DNA of 61,617 nt, counting the filler, from Choristocarpus tenellus KU-1152 (Eukaryota > Protista > Phaeophyceae): the NCBI GenBank assembly GCA_964200185.2. It is 11 parts of 11 records of this genome, joined end to end, with 100 filler letters (N's around TTAATTAATTAA, not from the genome) between each part and the next. Parts side by side here need not be neighbours in the genome. Positions count along the whole stretch, not along the records: positions 38,483 to 41,947 come from CAXNAD020019848.1; positions 42,048 to 44,898 come from CAXNAD020024205.1; positions 44,999 to 51,296 come from CAXNAD020008450.1; positions 51,397 to 61,617 come from CAXNAD020003063.1; 7 more parts are not named here. One strand, written 5' to 3'. The stretch's first letter is position 1. Every line of letters begins with the position of its first letter. Of this stretch, positions 38,523 to 51,450 are shown in pieces. Below the pieces are notes generated by a model that was not told the DNA's origin, searched no databases, and was given only the letters and a program-made list of their open reading frames with translations. A program made the translations under genes and the position numbers.

Positions 38523-40904
38523 GGTTTGTGAGGGGGCGTCCGTTTCGGTCAAACTTCTTTTTTTGCTGATATTTCAAATCCGACACAATGGGCTATCTAC
38601 ATAGGTGACAGCACATTGAAACCAACTTCTGGGTGGGGAGATAAGGCGTCCATTGGGTTGGTGACACAGCAGTCATCTGGTGTTAGTTAGGTTGGCTGAT
38701 TTGACTAGTAGCCCACCTTCAAATATACAGTTCGAAATGGATTGTGGTGGGTTAGGGAACTACAAGATGAAGCGATCAGGAGGTCCAGGAAATGAACCTA
38801 CTTCGTGTTTGAAAGTGGAAGGAAGGACGAAATAAGTAAAATGTCTCAAACGACCAGAGAATTGGTCATCGATACATTTGTGAAGAGGGATGCTATCCAG
38901 GGATCCCTCAAAAACAATTATAATCTGGAACGGTTGTAAGTCCCTTCCCGAAAACTCCCTAAAAAAAACTGAGGAGTTCTATGTCGGAGGAAAAGTACAG
39001 CAATTAAGAGACTAGGTTCCGGAAAGTAGCCTGGAATGCCACTCGTCTGTTTTCCATACACTTCTTGGAACAGCCTTTTTGTACTTCTTATCGTCAGTGA
39101 TTCAGCACACTTTTGTGGGGAGACCTCAACCAAAATAAAACAGGACACAGGTAGAACTTGAGGATGGAGTGCAGGGGGGTGTTCACCAACCGATCACAGG
39201 TCACTGACGGGCAGGGATTCCAACAACCAAAGCCTTTCTTGAATGAAGGAGCCCTGGCTCAAGCAGGTCAGATACACAGTACTACCCATTCACTATTATT
39301 AGGTCGTTCCAGATTTTGTTCTATTTAAAATAGTTTTAATGTCAAGAAAATTGTTCAGTTGCATACTTTCCATCCCGTAGACTCTAATCACACACATCTA
39401 GATGTGTATTGCAAGTGGTATTCACGGTTTGTTTGTGAGGTAGCTACATAGCCCGGAGGGTGAGCTCATCAAAGGATTAGGGGGATCCCTTGCTACATGA
39501 GTTGGACTGTCCAGTAGCAGTTGGCTGTGGTTGTTAGGAGCAATATGATGACTGGTCAGTTTGGCGGAGAGTTCGCAGGTGGGTGTATGTTACTTGTAAG
39601 TTGGGATCTTTTTGTTACCCCACAAGTGGGGTCAAAAATCAAGTGAAACTCCTTCAGGGGGTCAACCCACGGTTTATCCTAGTAAAAGGCGAGGGTAAAG
39701 TTCGTGATGCGATGACCCCGGAGATAATCTAAGAAGCGTGAATTTTTTAATTATATATAAAAATAAAATACCCACAAGTCTTTCAAACATATGGTGTGCG
39801 TAGAGAGTTGTCACACGTCCGAAATTGTTTTTGGAGATCCCTGTATGAATTTCGCGGACCCGAGCCCTATCTAAGCGAGTCTTCATCTCGATTATCCAAA
39901 GTGTACAAGGCAAGCACTACATATGTTACCCTTGCGCTATCTTACCTCACTACCATGAAAATGTTGGGTTAGATCGAGAACGAGATGGCAAGATTATTTT
40001 ATTCATTGCCGAGCGACGCTAAGGGAGTTCCACTTTCAACATTTGAGAAGGGTGGAACGACGAGTAGTGGGATGCTGAACCCAATACACGAGATGTACCA
40101 ATGCCTAGAGGTCTACAAGGTAGAAATACCACGTTAAAATCGAGTTTTTTTTGTAGGATTGTGGTCAAGGTTCGGAAAAACGTCCACGAATAGCCCACGC
40201 CGCAATCCTGCTGTCGGAAATCTATATCATAATGTTGGTATCAGTGGGGATATTCAAAAGCATTGCATTACTATCCGAATTCCCCAACCATTCTGTGTTG
40301 TGGTTTGTAGGGGAACTTTCAACCTACCGTACTGTACCGTCCAGATAAAGAGTGCCAGTATCATAACCGTCGACTTGTTCTGATACCGTGAGCGTAGTGT
40401 AGTACAACCAAATTACGTTGTGGTGTGTACAGAGTGTAAAATGAAATTTTAGGTGAGGACCATTTCGTTTTGGCGGACGTTATTCGTTCTCCATAAATGG
40501 AACTCAGAATTCTTTCACCGCAACCTTTTTTTCATGAAACGAACGCACTCAAGATGTACTTTCCCTTACTGTGGCGTGCAGAATGAACTCCTCGAAACGT
40601 AATGCAATAGCTATATTTTGGAAACATTTTTTTCTTGGATCTGTTCTTGTTTAATGAATCTTGACTGCTTGATGGAACAATATTCTCAGTCTCCACCTTC
40701 AGGGCTCAGCAATAGGACAGAAGAAAGTTCAAGTTGTCCAGAGATCAGATGTCAGGAGCGATGATTGGTTTGCCTCCACACTCAGGAGGAATAGGTCGTG
40801 GACATGGAGTTACTAGGAACCTCAAATCGCTGTCCCAACGAAGGAGTAAATGCGTTGTAGAAGAAATGTGTCACTCCAGTTCCACACATATGGGAATAGG
40901 TAGT

Positions 40905-41300
40905 GGCAGCCATATCCAATGACCAACCAGTGCAACCACCCTTTGCTACTGATTTATAGTCACCACCCATATCCGACAACCAACCATTGCAATTCGCCTT
41001 CGCCAATGATTTTTCGGTCACCAACCAAATCCAATGACCAACCCGTGCGACCAATCTTCACAACTCATTTCCAGTCACCAACCATACCCAATGACCAACC
41101 AGTGCAACTAATCTTCACCACTGATTTCCAATCACCACCCATATCCAATGACCAACCAATGCGACGAATCTTCGCCACCAGTTTCCAGTCACCAACCAAT
41201 GCGACCAATTTCCGCGAATCCATCCACCTTACTCCACACCACTTTCCACCACTTTCCACTCCACCACACCATTCAACACCACTTCATCATCAACTTCAAT
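40905..41300 (+). repeat. Dispersed 57-bp minisatellite (~5 units) followed by a CCACT/CCACA pentamer tract
   Basis: aatgaccaacc recurs at 40918, 41033, 41090 and 41147; a further unit-sized copy lies at ~15277-15350. Confidence 0.85.
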
Positions 41301-41661
41301 ACCGTGCCTTTGAACTAGAAGTCATCTACACCGCCTGAATTTGACCCTACCCTCCTTTCCCCAGCATCCCAGTCGGTCGTTAGCAATCGAAAGGGTAGGT
41401 GGTGGGTGGGAAAGATCGCTTGGAGGTTGCATTGTTCTAGTCCTGCTTGTCCTGCTCCACCAACCTCAGGCATGCCTTTCATTCTGCCCCGTCCCTTACT
41501 ACCTCGTGCCTCCACCTACCACACATTTCTTTAGCTTCTCTCCTACCTCTTCTGCCTCCTAGCCACCCAGTATTTAATGTGCAAAATAGGACAATAGTGA
41601 GGTATACCTAATTTGTGTATATGAGATTATTGTGTTGAATTGAGTCCATGTGATGTAACTA

Positions 41662-41947
41662 CAGTACATATACCTATTTTATACCAAATATACTAACCTC
41701 ATTTTGTATCACTTTTTTCGACATACTAAAAAAAATAGGCTTTTGTACCGGAATTCTCGTATTCGGCCGATTTGGTACAGAATCCCAGAGATATTCACGC
41801 GAGTTTGGCGCGCGCGCAAAAATTTCTCGCCAAAAGTGCCTTTCTTTCTATGTCATGACCACAGTACAGTACGTTGCTGGTAGGGGTATAAAGTGGAAGC
41901 CATGCCTTGTGCCGCGGGAAACCTCTGCAAGATGCCTTCAAATACAC
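41662..41947 (+). mobile_element. pogo/Tc1-like DNA transposon 5' end, truncated
   Basis: TA|CAGT terminus; homologous to 44999-45385; ORF start MEAMPCAAGNLCKMPSNT. Confidence 0.65.
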
Positions 41948-42374
41948 NNNNNNNNNNNNNNNNNNNNNNNNNNNNNNNNNNNNNNNNNNNNTTAATTAAT
42001 TAANNNNNNNNNNNNNNNNNNNNNNNNNNNNNNNNNNNNNNNNNNNNCTGTGGGTCTTCCCGCTTCCCTTCATTACGAAGAACCTGTCGGCTGTTTCCAC
42101 CTGTTTCACAGAATGCCAAATTAGGAATGATCAAATAACAATAATAATAATCCAGAATTCGTGAGCAAAACAAACACCATTTTTCCTCTTATTGTAGCAA
42201 TTTCAGAATTTTCTGTCAATAAACAAAGAACTTGTGAGGAACAGTATTATTTGTGATTATACGGAGCCTTAACCTTAGGGGTTAGGATGATTATGACAGT
42301 TTTTCTAAGACTCTCTTTTCCTTTCTGTTTGTTAAGTGTGGATTGTCTGAACCTCGACTTTGTCCGCCCAATAT

Positions 42375-44408
42375 ATGTCACGTCTTGCGGAAACGACTGC
42401 CAAGGTCCCCTTGTGCACACTAGTTGTGGTGGCGGTATGTGTCTCTCTACAGGTAAGGCACTCGCGCAATATTTGTTGAAATGTTGAAGTAAAGAGGTGT
42501 CGTTGTTTCGTGGAGGTTTCTCGCCAATGACCCAAGCCTGATCGATGTGTATTGCCTGATTCGCTGCCCAGGTTAAAAGTGAAGGCTTTGGTTCGCCCAA
42601 TATCAAATCCTATATAAACAGCCATGCACGCATCGTATATCAACTCTGCCCTTCATTACTCATCCGTTTCTGTTGACGAGTCGTGATCCCTGCCTTGTCC
42701 CCTGATGGTTTGCAACAGGTATACATGTTTCTGTTCGAGCCCCAGATTTCAGACTTCACATTATGTGCTAAAAATGTTATATACCTGGGAGAGGTGAGAC
42801 CCTTATCGAATTGCCTAGTTTGTACTTGGCATATTTGATGCGTAAAACGATGCGAAGCAAACTATCCACGTCTATGTAGTAAGCGGTACTGTCCTTGGAC
42901 TACAAGAAAGGCAAGACTCGACTCTTTTTTCTCGCTTGAGGGACTGATCCACTTTGTGCAACAAAATTCAGTTTTTTATTATTGGTGAATCGAAGATAGC
43001 ACCAATTCTAAGTGTCTGTCGCACTTGTTGGCTAGTGTAGTGGTTAACATCAATGAATCTGGGGTACTGCTGACTTATTTTCCTATTTGCTTATCATTCG
43101 TGCATTAAAGCTTTGCTTCAGTAGTTTACAACAGCCCTCACAGCTACTTTGGCCTTCCCCTTATGTCGAAGCACTTTTGAGGCCTTGATTTAATCATAAC
43201 CACATCCTATTTCTCCTTCCATCTCAGTACTACCGCATTGTAACTTCAGCACTTCTTCACGGTGGCATGATGCATATCGTCTTCAATATGATGTCTACAT
43301 TAGCCATTGGTTCATCACTGGTAGGTTTCCTCTTTGGTACTGTACACCACTTTGAGGGGTGGGGACCAAATGTTATCGGGTGGCCTGTAGACTGTGTTTG
43401 TAACCCCATATTGAAGTCACACTCTAGTTCTCTCAGCACTATATTGGCGTCAACTTTTTCTCGTCTTCCATGTGCATGATATGTGTCCTCTAGGCGTAAT
43501 AAGGCGATTAATTCCTCTCAGGACCAAGGATATGATTATGGTCAAACTGTCTTGTGTTTCTGATTCCAATATCCCTTGTCTTTTGCGTCTTGACAGTGTT
43601 GTGTTGGCACACAACAGGGGCATTTTTCAGTTGCGTATGTGTAGGATACATTTCATGAACTTCACCTAAGATCATCAATTGATGTTTACAACTCGGTGTT
43701 TCCTTTCAGACACCACCTAGTTAAAGGATTCAAAGCATATTCCTCCACCTGATCTTTGATTGGTGAATATGTACAGAGTAGCTCTACCGTCTTTATGTTC
43801 AGTGTTGAAACGGTGTGTCCCCTTTCCAAAAGAAAGTTAAAAAGAAAGTCAAGACAAGCCAGCTGGTCCCCAGTCTCTGAACATGAATCGCGACTTCGGC
43901 TGGTGGGATCTCTGCAACAGACGTCAACTAATTGATCAGGTCTCTGTTTTTTTGTGCTCATTTGGGACATCAACAGGAATCAAAAATTGGCACATTGGGG
44001 TTGACCTTCACTGTCGTGTGGTCCATTGTCCTGAGCGGCTTGATTTATGTGGCAGCTGAGTGGTAAGTAAGCAACTGATAACAGCAAGGACAGAACAGGG
44101 CACAAATCACGTTTCAGTTAATAGAACTTCCTCCTTCGGGTGGCAGCCCCCCTAAATCTTAGAACCGCACCCTAACCCTAAGATATATATATTTTTTCCT
44201 TGCCTCTTTACTCTTCACAAGGGCCATGACAATGTGGATCACGGGGGACCCGCAGTATGTGAACCAGCACTCAGTCGGGTTTAGTGGGGTGATATTCACT
44301 CTTGCCCTCATGGAGAGCTACCTCTCAACACAGGCATCGCGCCAAGTCTTCGGCCTGCTTTCTGTGCCAACCCGGTTGTATCCTTGGGTGCTGCTGGTCA
44401 TGCTCTCG
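42375..44408 (+). CDS. Rhomboid intramembrane serine protease (RHBDD1/RHBDL4-like), partial (exons 42375-42452, 42719-42793, 43228-43320, 43977-44062, 44222-44408)
   Basis: Canonical splice sites, all in phase; YYRIVTSALLHGGMMHIVFNM, catalytic GFSG, PTRLYPW. Confidence 0.9.
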
Positions 44409-44998
44409 GTGAGCGTATGAAGGGGTCATTTTCCAGCAGCATCCCAATGACTTAAGGATGTGAAGAATTTTCTGTTGCCATTGTTTCTCATATAGCACCC
44501 CCTTGTCCTAACCAAGATTTTAGAGCAGGGGGAACGTGTAAGTTGAGGGGGGGGGGGGGGGGGGGGTGAAAGCGCGCGCGTGTTTTGGTGGGCGGGCGGA
44601 GTGGCAGCACCCAGGATATTTTATCTGTGTGTATATGCTTTCAAATACTCCAGGTGTTAAGCATTGGGTACAATTCATTCAAGGGTTAGGGTTGTCGTGA
44701 AGTTTTGAAGTTTTGTATACACTCAGGGCTAGGGGGAGAAAGACAGAATATTACAGGGTGAGTTACTACTCCCATTGTAACATAATTTTGTTTTGTTTTT
44801 TGTTATTGCTGCAGCTGCCCTCTGTTGGAGTGTCTTCTTTCTTGGAATGGGGCAAGTTTTACATCTCATTGCGCTTGCTGTCCTCATCATCTTGCGGGNN
44901 NNNNNNNNNNNNNNNNNNNNNNNNNNNNNNNNNNNNNNNNNNTTAATTAATTAANNNNNNNNNNNNNNNNNNNNNNNNNNNNNNNNNNNNNNNNNNNN

Positions 44999-45385
44999 GT
45001 TGAGTTCAGGATCCTTTACACCACATATACCATAGAGGTACCCACCGCACTTACGGCACTTGTGGAATGTGTAGAAAGGCGGACCCGGTGTATTTGAAGG
45101 CATCTTACAGAGGTTTCCCGCAGTACAAGGCATGGCTTCCACTTTATACCCCTACCAGCAACGTATTGTACTGCTGTATGGTAGCATGACCCAGGAAGAA
45201 GGGCATTTTTCGCGAGAAATGTTTGCGTGCATGCCAAACTCGCGTGAATATCTCTTGGATTTTGTGCCAAATCGCCTGAATACGAGAATTCTGATACAAA
45301 ATCCTATTTTTTGGAGCATATCGAAAAAAGCGGTACAAAATTGTTTTGGTTCATAATATTTGGCCCAAAATCGGGTAATCCACTG
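44999..45385 (-). mobile_element. pogo/Tc1-like DNA transposon 5' end encoding an N-terminal Cys/His Zn-finger-like peptide
   Basis: TA|CAGTGGATTACCCG terminus; MEAMPCTAGNLCKMPSNTPGPPFYTFHKCRKCGGYLYGICGVKDP. Confidence 0.65.
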
Positions 45386-45466
45386 TATATATATATATTT
45401 TAGTGTATGTGAATTGATAATATTATGTAATGTATACTGTATCAATACGGTGTATGATAGTATATA

Positions 45467-46779
45467 CTCCTCTGTCCCATAAGTCTGTTCAACGTCCAGT
45501 CAGCGAGTCGTAACTCCAGATCCACGATGAGATGCCATGCAAACAGGTCACCATGTGAAAGCGCCGAATCTGCTCTCTATCACTGTCTATTGGAAATTTG
45601 ATTTTGGGCTGCATTCTGTTCCAAAAACTACGGCTAAATATGGGCACTTTAGGATAGCTCGGCCGCGACTCTGGAGCGGCCGAACAAGGGTAGGGTTCTT
45701 TGCGACAACTGGAAAGGGTCAAACAGCAGCAAGATGGCCAAACCTTGCAGCCCATCCAACCGTGGGGACAAAGGGGAGTTGTCTGTGGAGGGTCACAACG
45801 CATTGGCTGTGCAATATTCGCTTGTTTGTTGTGCGTTGCCTCCTGGACAAAAGAACCTGCCGAGAGGTGTTGGCTCGGCTCTCAAGAAAGAGTTCAAGGT
45901 CTCAAGGCTACGCCTCCAGGCTGTGTAACAAGGCAGCGGGAGAAGCTCATCGTCGGGCACACACTGGTCCTTGACACCAGGAAGAGGTCTGGTGTTCCCA
46001 CAGTCTTCACACGCCCCGACCCCGAGCATGACTTCGACGGGAAGATCGGCGTCTGGCGCGTTTGCATCATCAAAGAAGCGCAGAGGACAACCGTCAACCA
46101 TCAGCAGGGGGACAAGTACAATGTTGACGTGACCATCAACTCGGAATGGTATCAGCAATGGTACGATGAAAAATTGCTGCCTGCCGTCAAGGAAAAGATG
46201 CCNNNNNNNNNNTGCCCTGGGCGGAAACCCTCAACCTGACGGTGCAGCAGGACGGAGCGGCACCTCATGGAAGCTCAACAGAGTTAGGAAGAGCGATGGG
46301 TGGAACTTCAAACTTGAAACGTAGCCGGCATGGTCTTCAGACCTCAACATCAACGACTTGGGGGTTTTCAATTCACTGAAAAGCAGAACTTGGAAGGAAC
46401 ACTTCGGTGCCGTGGAGGACATGGTCACAGGCGTTAGGACGCTTTTTGACGAGTACCCTGCAGAAACTCTTGGGCGAGTGTGGCAGAGCCTGTTCGGTAG
46501 GTACAGTCGGGTGTTGGCAGCTCTCGGAAGAAACAGTTTCGAATTACAACACAAGGGGGTTGGAAAGTTGGGGTCGAACATTGTTCAAAAAACGTACGTG
46601 GCAATCGACCAGCAGTCATTCGCCGTGGTGAAGGAGTGGTGGTGTGATGGGAAGGAAGGCGAGGAGGAAGTTTGAGGTAAATGCAGAAAACACTTAGGAA
46701 TCCATTGCAACCGTTTTCAAATCTGAAATATACTTGAAGAGTTATGAACAAGATTAACCAGACTTACAGGACAGAGAAG
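45467..46779 (+). mobile_element. Decayed DD39D-type (Soymar/PlantMar-like) mariner with Stowaway-like TIRs and TA TSD
   Basis: TIRs ctcctctgtcccataagtctg / cagacttacaggacagagaag flanked by TA; transposase motifs FDGKIGVW, LLPAVKEKMP, VQQDGAAPH, SSDLNINDLGVFNSL; stop and apparent deletion. Confidence 0.9.
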
Positions 46780-47010
46780 TATGTATGTATTATGTGTATT
46801 CATCATATTATTAATATGTAGTGCATACTGTATCAGTACTTTGTATGATAGTATATATATATTATGTGTGTATTGATAATGTATACTGTATCGATACAGT
46901 GTATGATAGTATACATGTGTATGTATTATGTGTGTGTATTGGTAATATCATGTAGTGTATATTGTATCAATACGGTGTAGGATAGTATAGTATATGTGTG
47001 TGTGTGTATT
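46780..47010. repeat. AT-rich degenerate minisatellite hosting the mariner (also 45390-45466)
   Basis: Recurring tgtatactgtatcaatacggtgtatgatagtata on both sides of the element. Confidence 0.7.
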
Positions 47011-48849
47011 GTGAATCATGTTATTCTGTGGCGGTGAAGAGAATTACCGGGCAAGACGGACCAGACGAACCAAGACGAACCTTAACTGAGAGTACGAGGT
47101 TAAGGTTGGACAAGTGCAATACTACAAGGACTTGCAGGGAAATTGAGGAGTGATGAGCATCTTCAGAGAGGGGGATTCATCACCACAAGTCAAGACATGA
47201 GAACAAAGTGAATCTTACATGTGTGACAACTCTGAATGACGAGCAGTCCCAAATCTGTGGAAATGGTCTCATTAAAGAGATTCCATGGTTTTATTCTGAT
47301 GGAAGGTCCGCCAGTGGAATCATGGATGCTTGACAAGGAACCTCAATCGGTACAATGGTATAATGGTATAACAATATATGGCATACGGCAATAATGGTAT
47401 AGCAGACAAACATGGTTTCCACGTCAACCCCCCTTCTGATCGGCCTTGAAGCCATGTAGACATGATTCAAGGTCAACCAATAATTGGGCTCTGGGAGCGA
47501 AATGGGAAACATGTGTGACTGTTAGTATACTATTGCACCATTGTATTACACGACTCCATTAATACAAAGTGAAGTGTAATATATATACAAGGCACACAAT
47601 GGATATCTGATCAGGATATCATTAGCCTAAGGTTGATGGTGTGTGGTCAGCACACCAATCAAGCTTACGAGTTCTGAGAGTATGTGATCCGCATATCAGT
47701 TAGCCTAAAGACTAGGCGAGAAGTATATGTGGCCAGCATATAGGGTCTGTATTATCTTGTATAAAACAGAGGATACACTCAGAATGGGGATACGAGGAGC
47801 AAACACTATATACGATGTCAATAAACGGTTTGACTATTGTTTGTGATTCAACTTTGCTATACAGGTGTTATACGATGATTTGATCACCACTCCGATGCGT
47901 GAAAACAACATCGCATGTTACATGACCAAATCAACACTGCAAACGACAAGATCAAATTTTTGCACCCACTCTCCTTCCCTAATTCTGATATCAATTGGAA
48001 CATTGTTCACAACGACTACAATATTCCAAGTGGGCAACTCGGATGTGCGATGTTGGTGGCTCAACTCTCCTAAAACAATACGAGGTGACTGTATGGTCAT
48101 TACATCATGTTGGGGGGATCATGACACTCTAAAAACAAAATAAATAACATGTATGACTTGCCTGAAGTCTCTGTCTCTTACCTATTGGTAGACATGAATC
48201 TTTCATTTTCGTTATAGGATGGGGTTAGTCACTTCATGATGTCAATAAAACCATTTAATGAAAACGTGACATGATATAATGAACAGCCGCCTGTAGCACA
48301 CAAGTGCTAATGTGCTAATGTGCCCGGTGATATGGTCTCTTCACCACTGCATGTGTCCACTCATGCAAACGAGGAGAGTTGAGAGATAAAATTAATTGTA
48401 TATTAATTTATCTGAATCCACCAACATTTATGTATAGTCTATTTGCAAGGATTGATAAACCTGGTAAACACGAGATGTCAAGTCAAAGCTGGACATGAAC
48501 GGGCTAACTGAAATGTGTTGCCAGTTATCTCATCTCTACACAAAATGATAGACTATGCCCATCTATGACAAAATGTCACACAAACGATTTGCTTAAACTA
48601 GATATTCAACCTATGTAAAGGGTTACGGTATGTGGGTACCATGAGATCCAGCCAAGACGTACAAGTCATAATAAATAAAACAAACACCAATAAAGAAAAA
48701 TAGAGAAATACATAGTTGGCAAGGATCTGTGTACCACACATATATGGAATATAACCTTTTTACTGAAACGATAGGTTACAACATGACGGCAATGCATGTT
48801 ATACAGACTATGCAAAGGAGTATGATAACAGTCAATATGAATTCTCAAG

Positions 48850-51117
48850 TCAACACGAGGGACACGAATTTTACTGGTTATCCAATCCATTTACTGCATG
48901 ATAGACTGCAATCATTTCACGGCATTGTGGGATCTGTTCTATTCTTTTGTGAAGATCACAAGACGGTCCATAGCCACAAAGACCGTAGCGATAGATAAAT
49001 TAGTGGACAAATGACAACCAGGACCAGGTCTATGTCCAACAATGCTAGATATCAATAGTGTACTGGCCAAAACCAGGTTGAGAGATTTGATCTACATCCA
49101 GTAATGGTAATGGTTTTCCCAGAAACAAAAAAGCCAGTTCATTCAAATCTGGTGTGGGAGGTTGGACTTGAGGGTAGTAACGTTTCATTCTACCCAGATG
49201 AACGGAAAATGGATGTGGGTATCCAGTTAATTCGACCCTGTACACGATGGGTGATACCTTAGAATGTGGAGTACTTCATACAGACCCCTCCAAGGGTGAA
49301 GTAACATCGGATTCAGACCATCAGTACTCTCATGTGGTCTATGGACTAGATCTTGATCACCAGGTACGAAAACGGGGAACACGAGACGTTGGTTGACACG
49401 CTCCTGATTTTTAACATGTTCACGGAGATTACAACATGTGAACTCAAATGCAAGCTGTAAATTATCTTTGGTTTGCCGAGTAAACTCTTCAGTAGTGACA
49501 TCTGAATCAGCATTAGACAAACCAAGGATAATTGTCAATAGGTAGATGAGCTTGTCTTCCAAACAGAAGGAAACACGGGGTTTCGTGCAACTTTGCACTG
49601 AATGCTGTGTTAAGGGCTAATGGTACGAAAGACAATCATGATGCCTAGTTATCCTCAGCAACAGAGATATACATTGCTAGCATAGAATGCAACGTAGCAT
49701 GTACTCTCTCTAACACAGAATTTCCTTGGGGGTGATACCGTGTGGTTTTGTTTTCTTGTAACCAAAGACAGACTGCAACTCTCGAACAATACTGTTTTGA
49801 AATTCGGTACCTTGATCGGAATGTAACAACTCAATTGTGCCGAAAATTGAAATACATTATCTACCAGCATACAAGCTATTTTTGTGGCCTCTTTATTTGG
49901 AACAGGGCTCAGCACAACTAAACGATTGAGGTAATCAATGGCAGACAACACATACGAGCACATTACACCATTTTCTGCTGGGGAACGTGTTTTGTACTCT
50001 ACCAAATCGATAGCAACACGTTGAAATGGCCTATCGACGGGCATGTGGCCAGTGGGAAGCGTAGTTTTATTATGAGCAGTCTCACACGTTTGGCATGCTT
50101 GACAATCACAACACCATGTACGAACGTCGATATCGAAAGTTGGCCACCAATACGAGTCTCTTAACCTTATCGAACGTGGGTTTGAAACCTAAGTGACCTC
50201 CAGGTAATGCATGGTCATGACAAGCATGGAGTACAAGGCAGACTAACAAGTGAGGAACGACCAACTGATCTCTAAACATGCCCCTCTTACGAAGATGACC
50301 TGGTAAATATGAATGATACAGTAAGCCACTACGGAGAAAAAAATACAACATAGATGTCGCTGATTCTTTATCAGGTGTTGGGGCGACGTTGGGGGACTGC
50401 AAATACCTGAAATATGGTCCGAAGTCGAATTCCTGCTCCTTGTGCAATTGCTCCGGGTCTACTGCAGGGAACACAGTAGTGGAACTAGCAAATAGTTAAC
50501 GATCACTTTGGACGGGCGTTGCTTGGTCAAGGTTAGAAGCAGATAACTCATATTCCTTTTGAACATGTGTGGTAAATGTACAACTACCTTCAGGCACATT
50601 ACAACAGGCTGGTGCCAGCATTGGAGCAACGGATTTTTCCTGTTCCTCGAACTTGAAAATTCGAGATAGAGTGCCAGGTATAGCATTTAGCTTACCAGGC
50701 TTGTGTTTGACAGTGAAACCATAAGATTGAATTGCAATAGCCCAACGAGTAAGCATGTTACTGGTATCCTGCATTCTATACAAGTAACACAATGCAGCAT
50801 GATCTGTGATGCAGGTAAAGTGTCTACTCCAAAGATACGGTCGCCAATGAGTGATAGCTGTAACGACCGCATAACATTCTCTTAATGTAGCTGAATAGTG
50901 ACGTTGGGCTTCAGTAAATTTCTTGCTGAAGTATGCAATGATACGTAAATCTTTTGGATTATCGGATCGGGGTTGTGCTCAAAACCACCAGCACCACTCT
51001 CTCTGGCATCAACATGGGCAACGAATTCTTTGGTAAGGTCAGGGAATGCGAGAAGTGGAGCTGCAGCGAGTAATTGTTTTACTTTAAAAAATACCACGTC
51101 CTGGTCCAATCCCCATT
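48850..51117 (-). mobile_element. Ty3/Gypsy LTR retrotransposon pol relic (RT connection, RNase H, integrase, GPY/F)
   Basis: AAAPLLAFPD..HVDA, LTRWAIAIQSYGFTVKHKPGKLN, HDHALPGGHLG, RPFQRVAIDL, WRGLYEV, VHLGRMKRYY, in RH-INT order with many frameshifts. Confidence 0.9.
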
Positions 51118-51296
51118 GGCTCAAAGTATCTGGGAGGGGGTGGCGGCTGTCCATTTGGGAAGTCGAAGTATCTAGGAGGGTAGAGCCGCGTCCATTTGGG
51201 GTCCAAATCCAATGTTGCAATTTTGATGTAATTTTGGATATTGTGTTTGTTAGGAAGTGTCAATAACCTTGTTCCGGGCACACCTTTTCATAACAG
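51118..51296. mobile_element. MITE B end (51118-51159) with MITE A (51160-51296, truncated) nested in it
   Basis: ggctcaaagtatctgggagggggtggcggctgtccatttggg followed directly by aagtcgaagtatctaggagggtagagcc. Confidence 0.85.
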
Positions 51297-51450
51297 NNNN
51301 NNNNNNNNNNNNNNNNNNNNNNNNNNNNNNNNNNNNNNNNTTAATTAATTAANNNNNNNNNNNNNNNNNNNNNNNNNNNNNNNNNNNNNNNNNNNNCCCC
51401 CCCCTCGTACTGCTGAGGTGTACCATCAACACTGAAGGCACAACAGACAC

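Noticed and set aside
41662-45385. Inverted pogo-like ends flanking the rhomboid gene, resembling a gene-capturing composite transposon
   Set aside because: The three pieces lie on different contigs separated by artificial spacers, and both ends are 5' ends
47020-48850. 3' LTR of the Gypsy relic
   Set aside because: No second LTR in the window and no unambiguous TG..CA/PPT boundary
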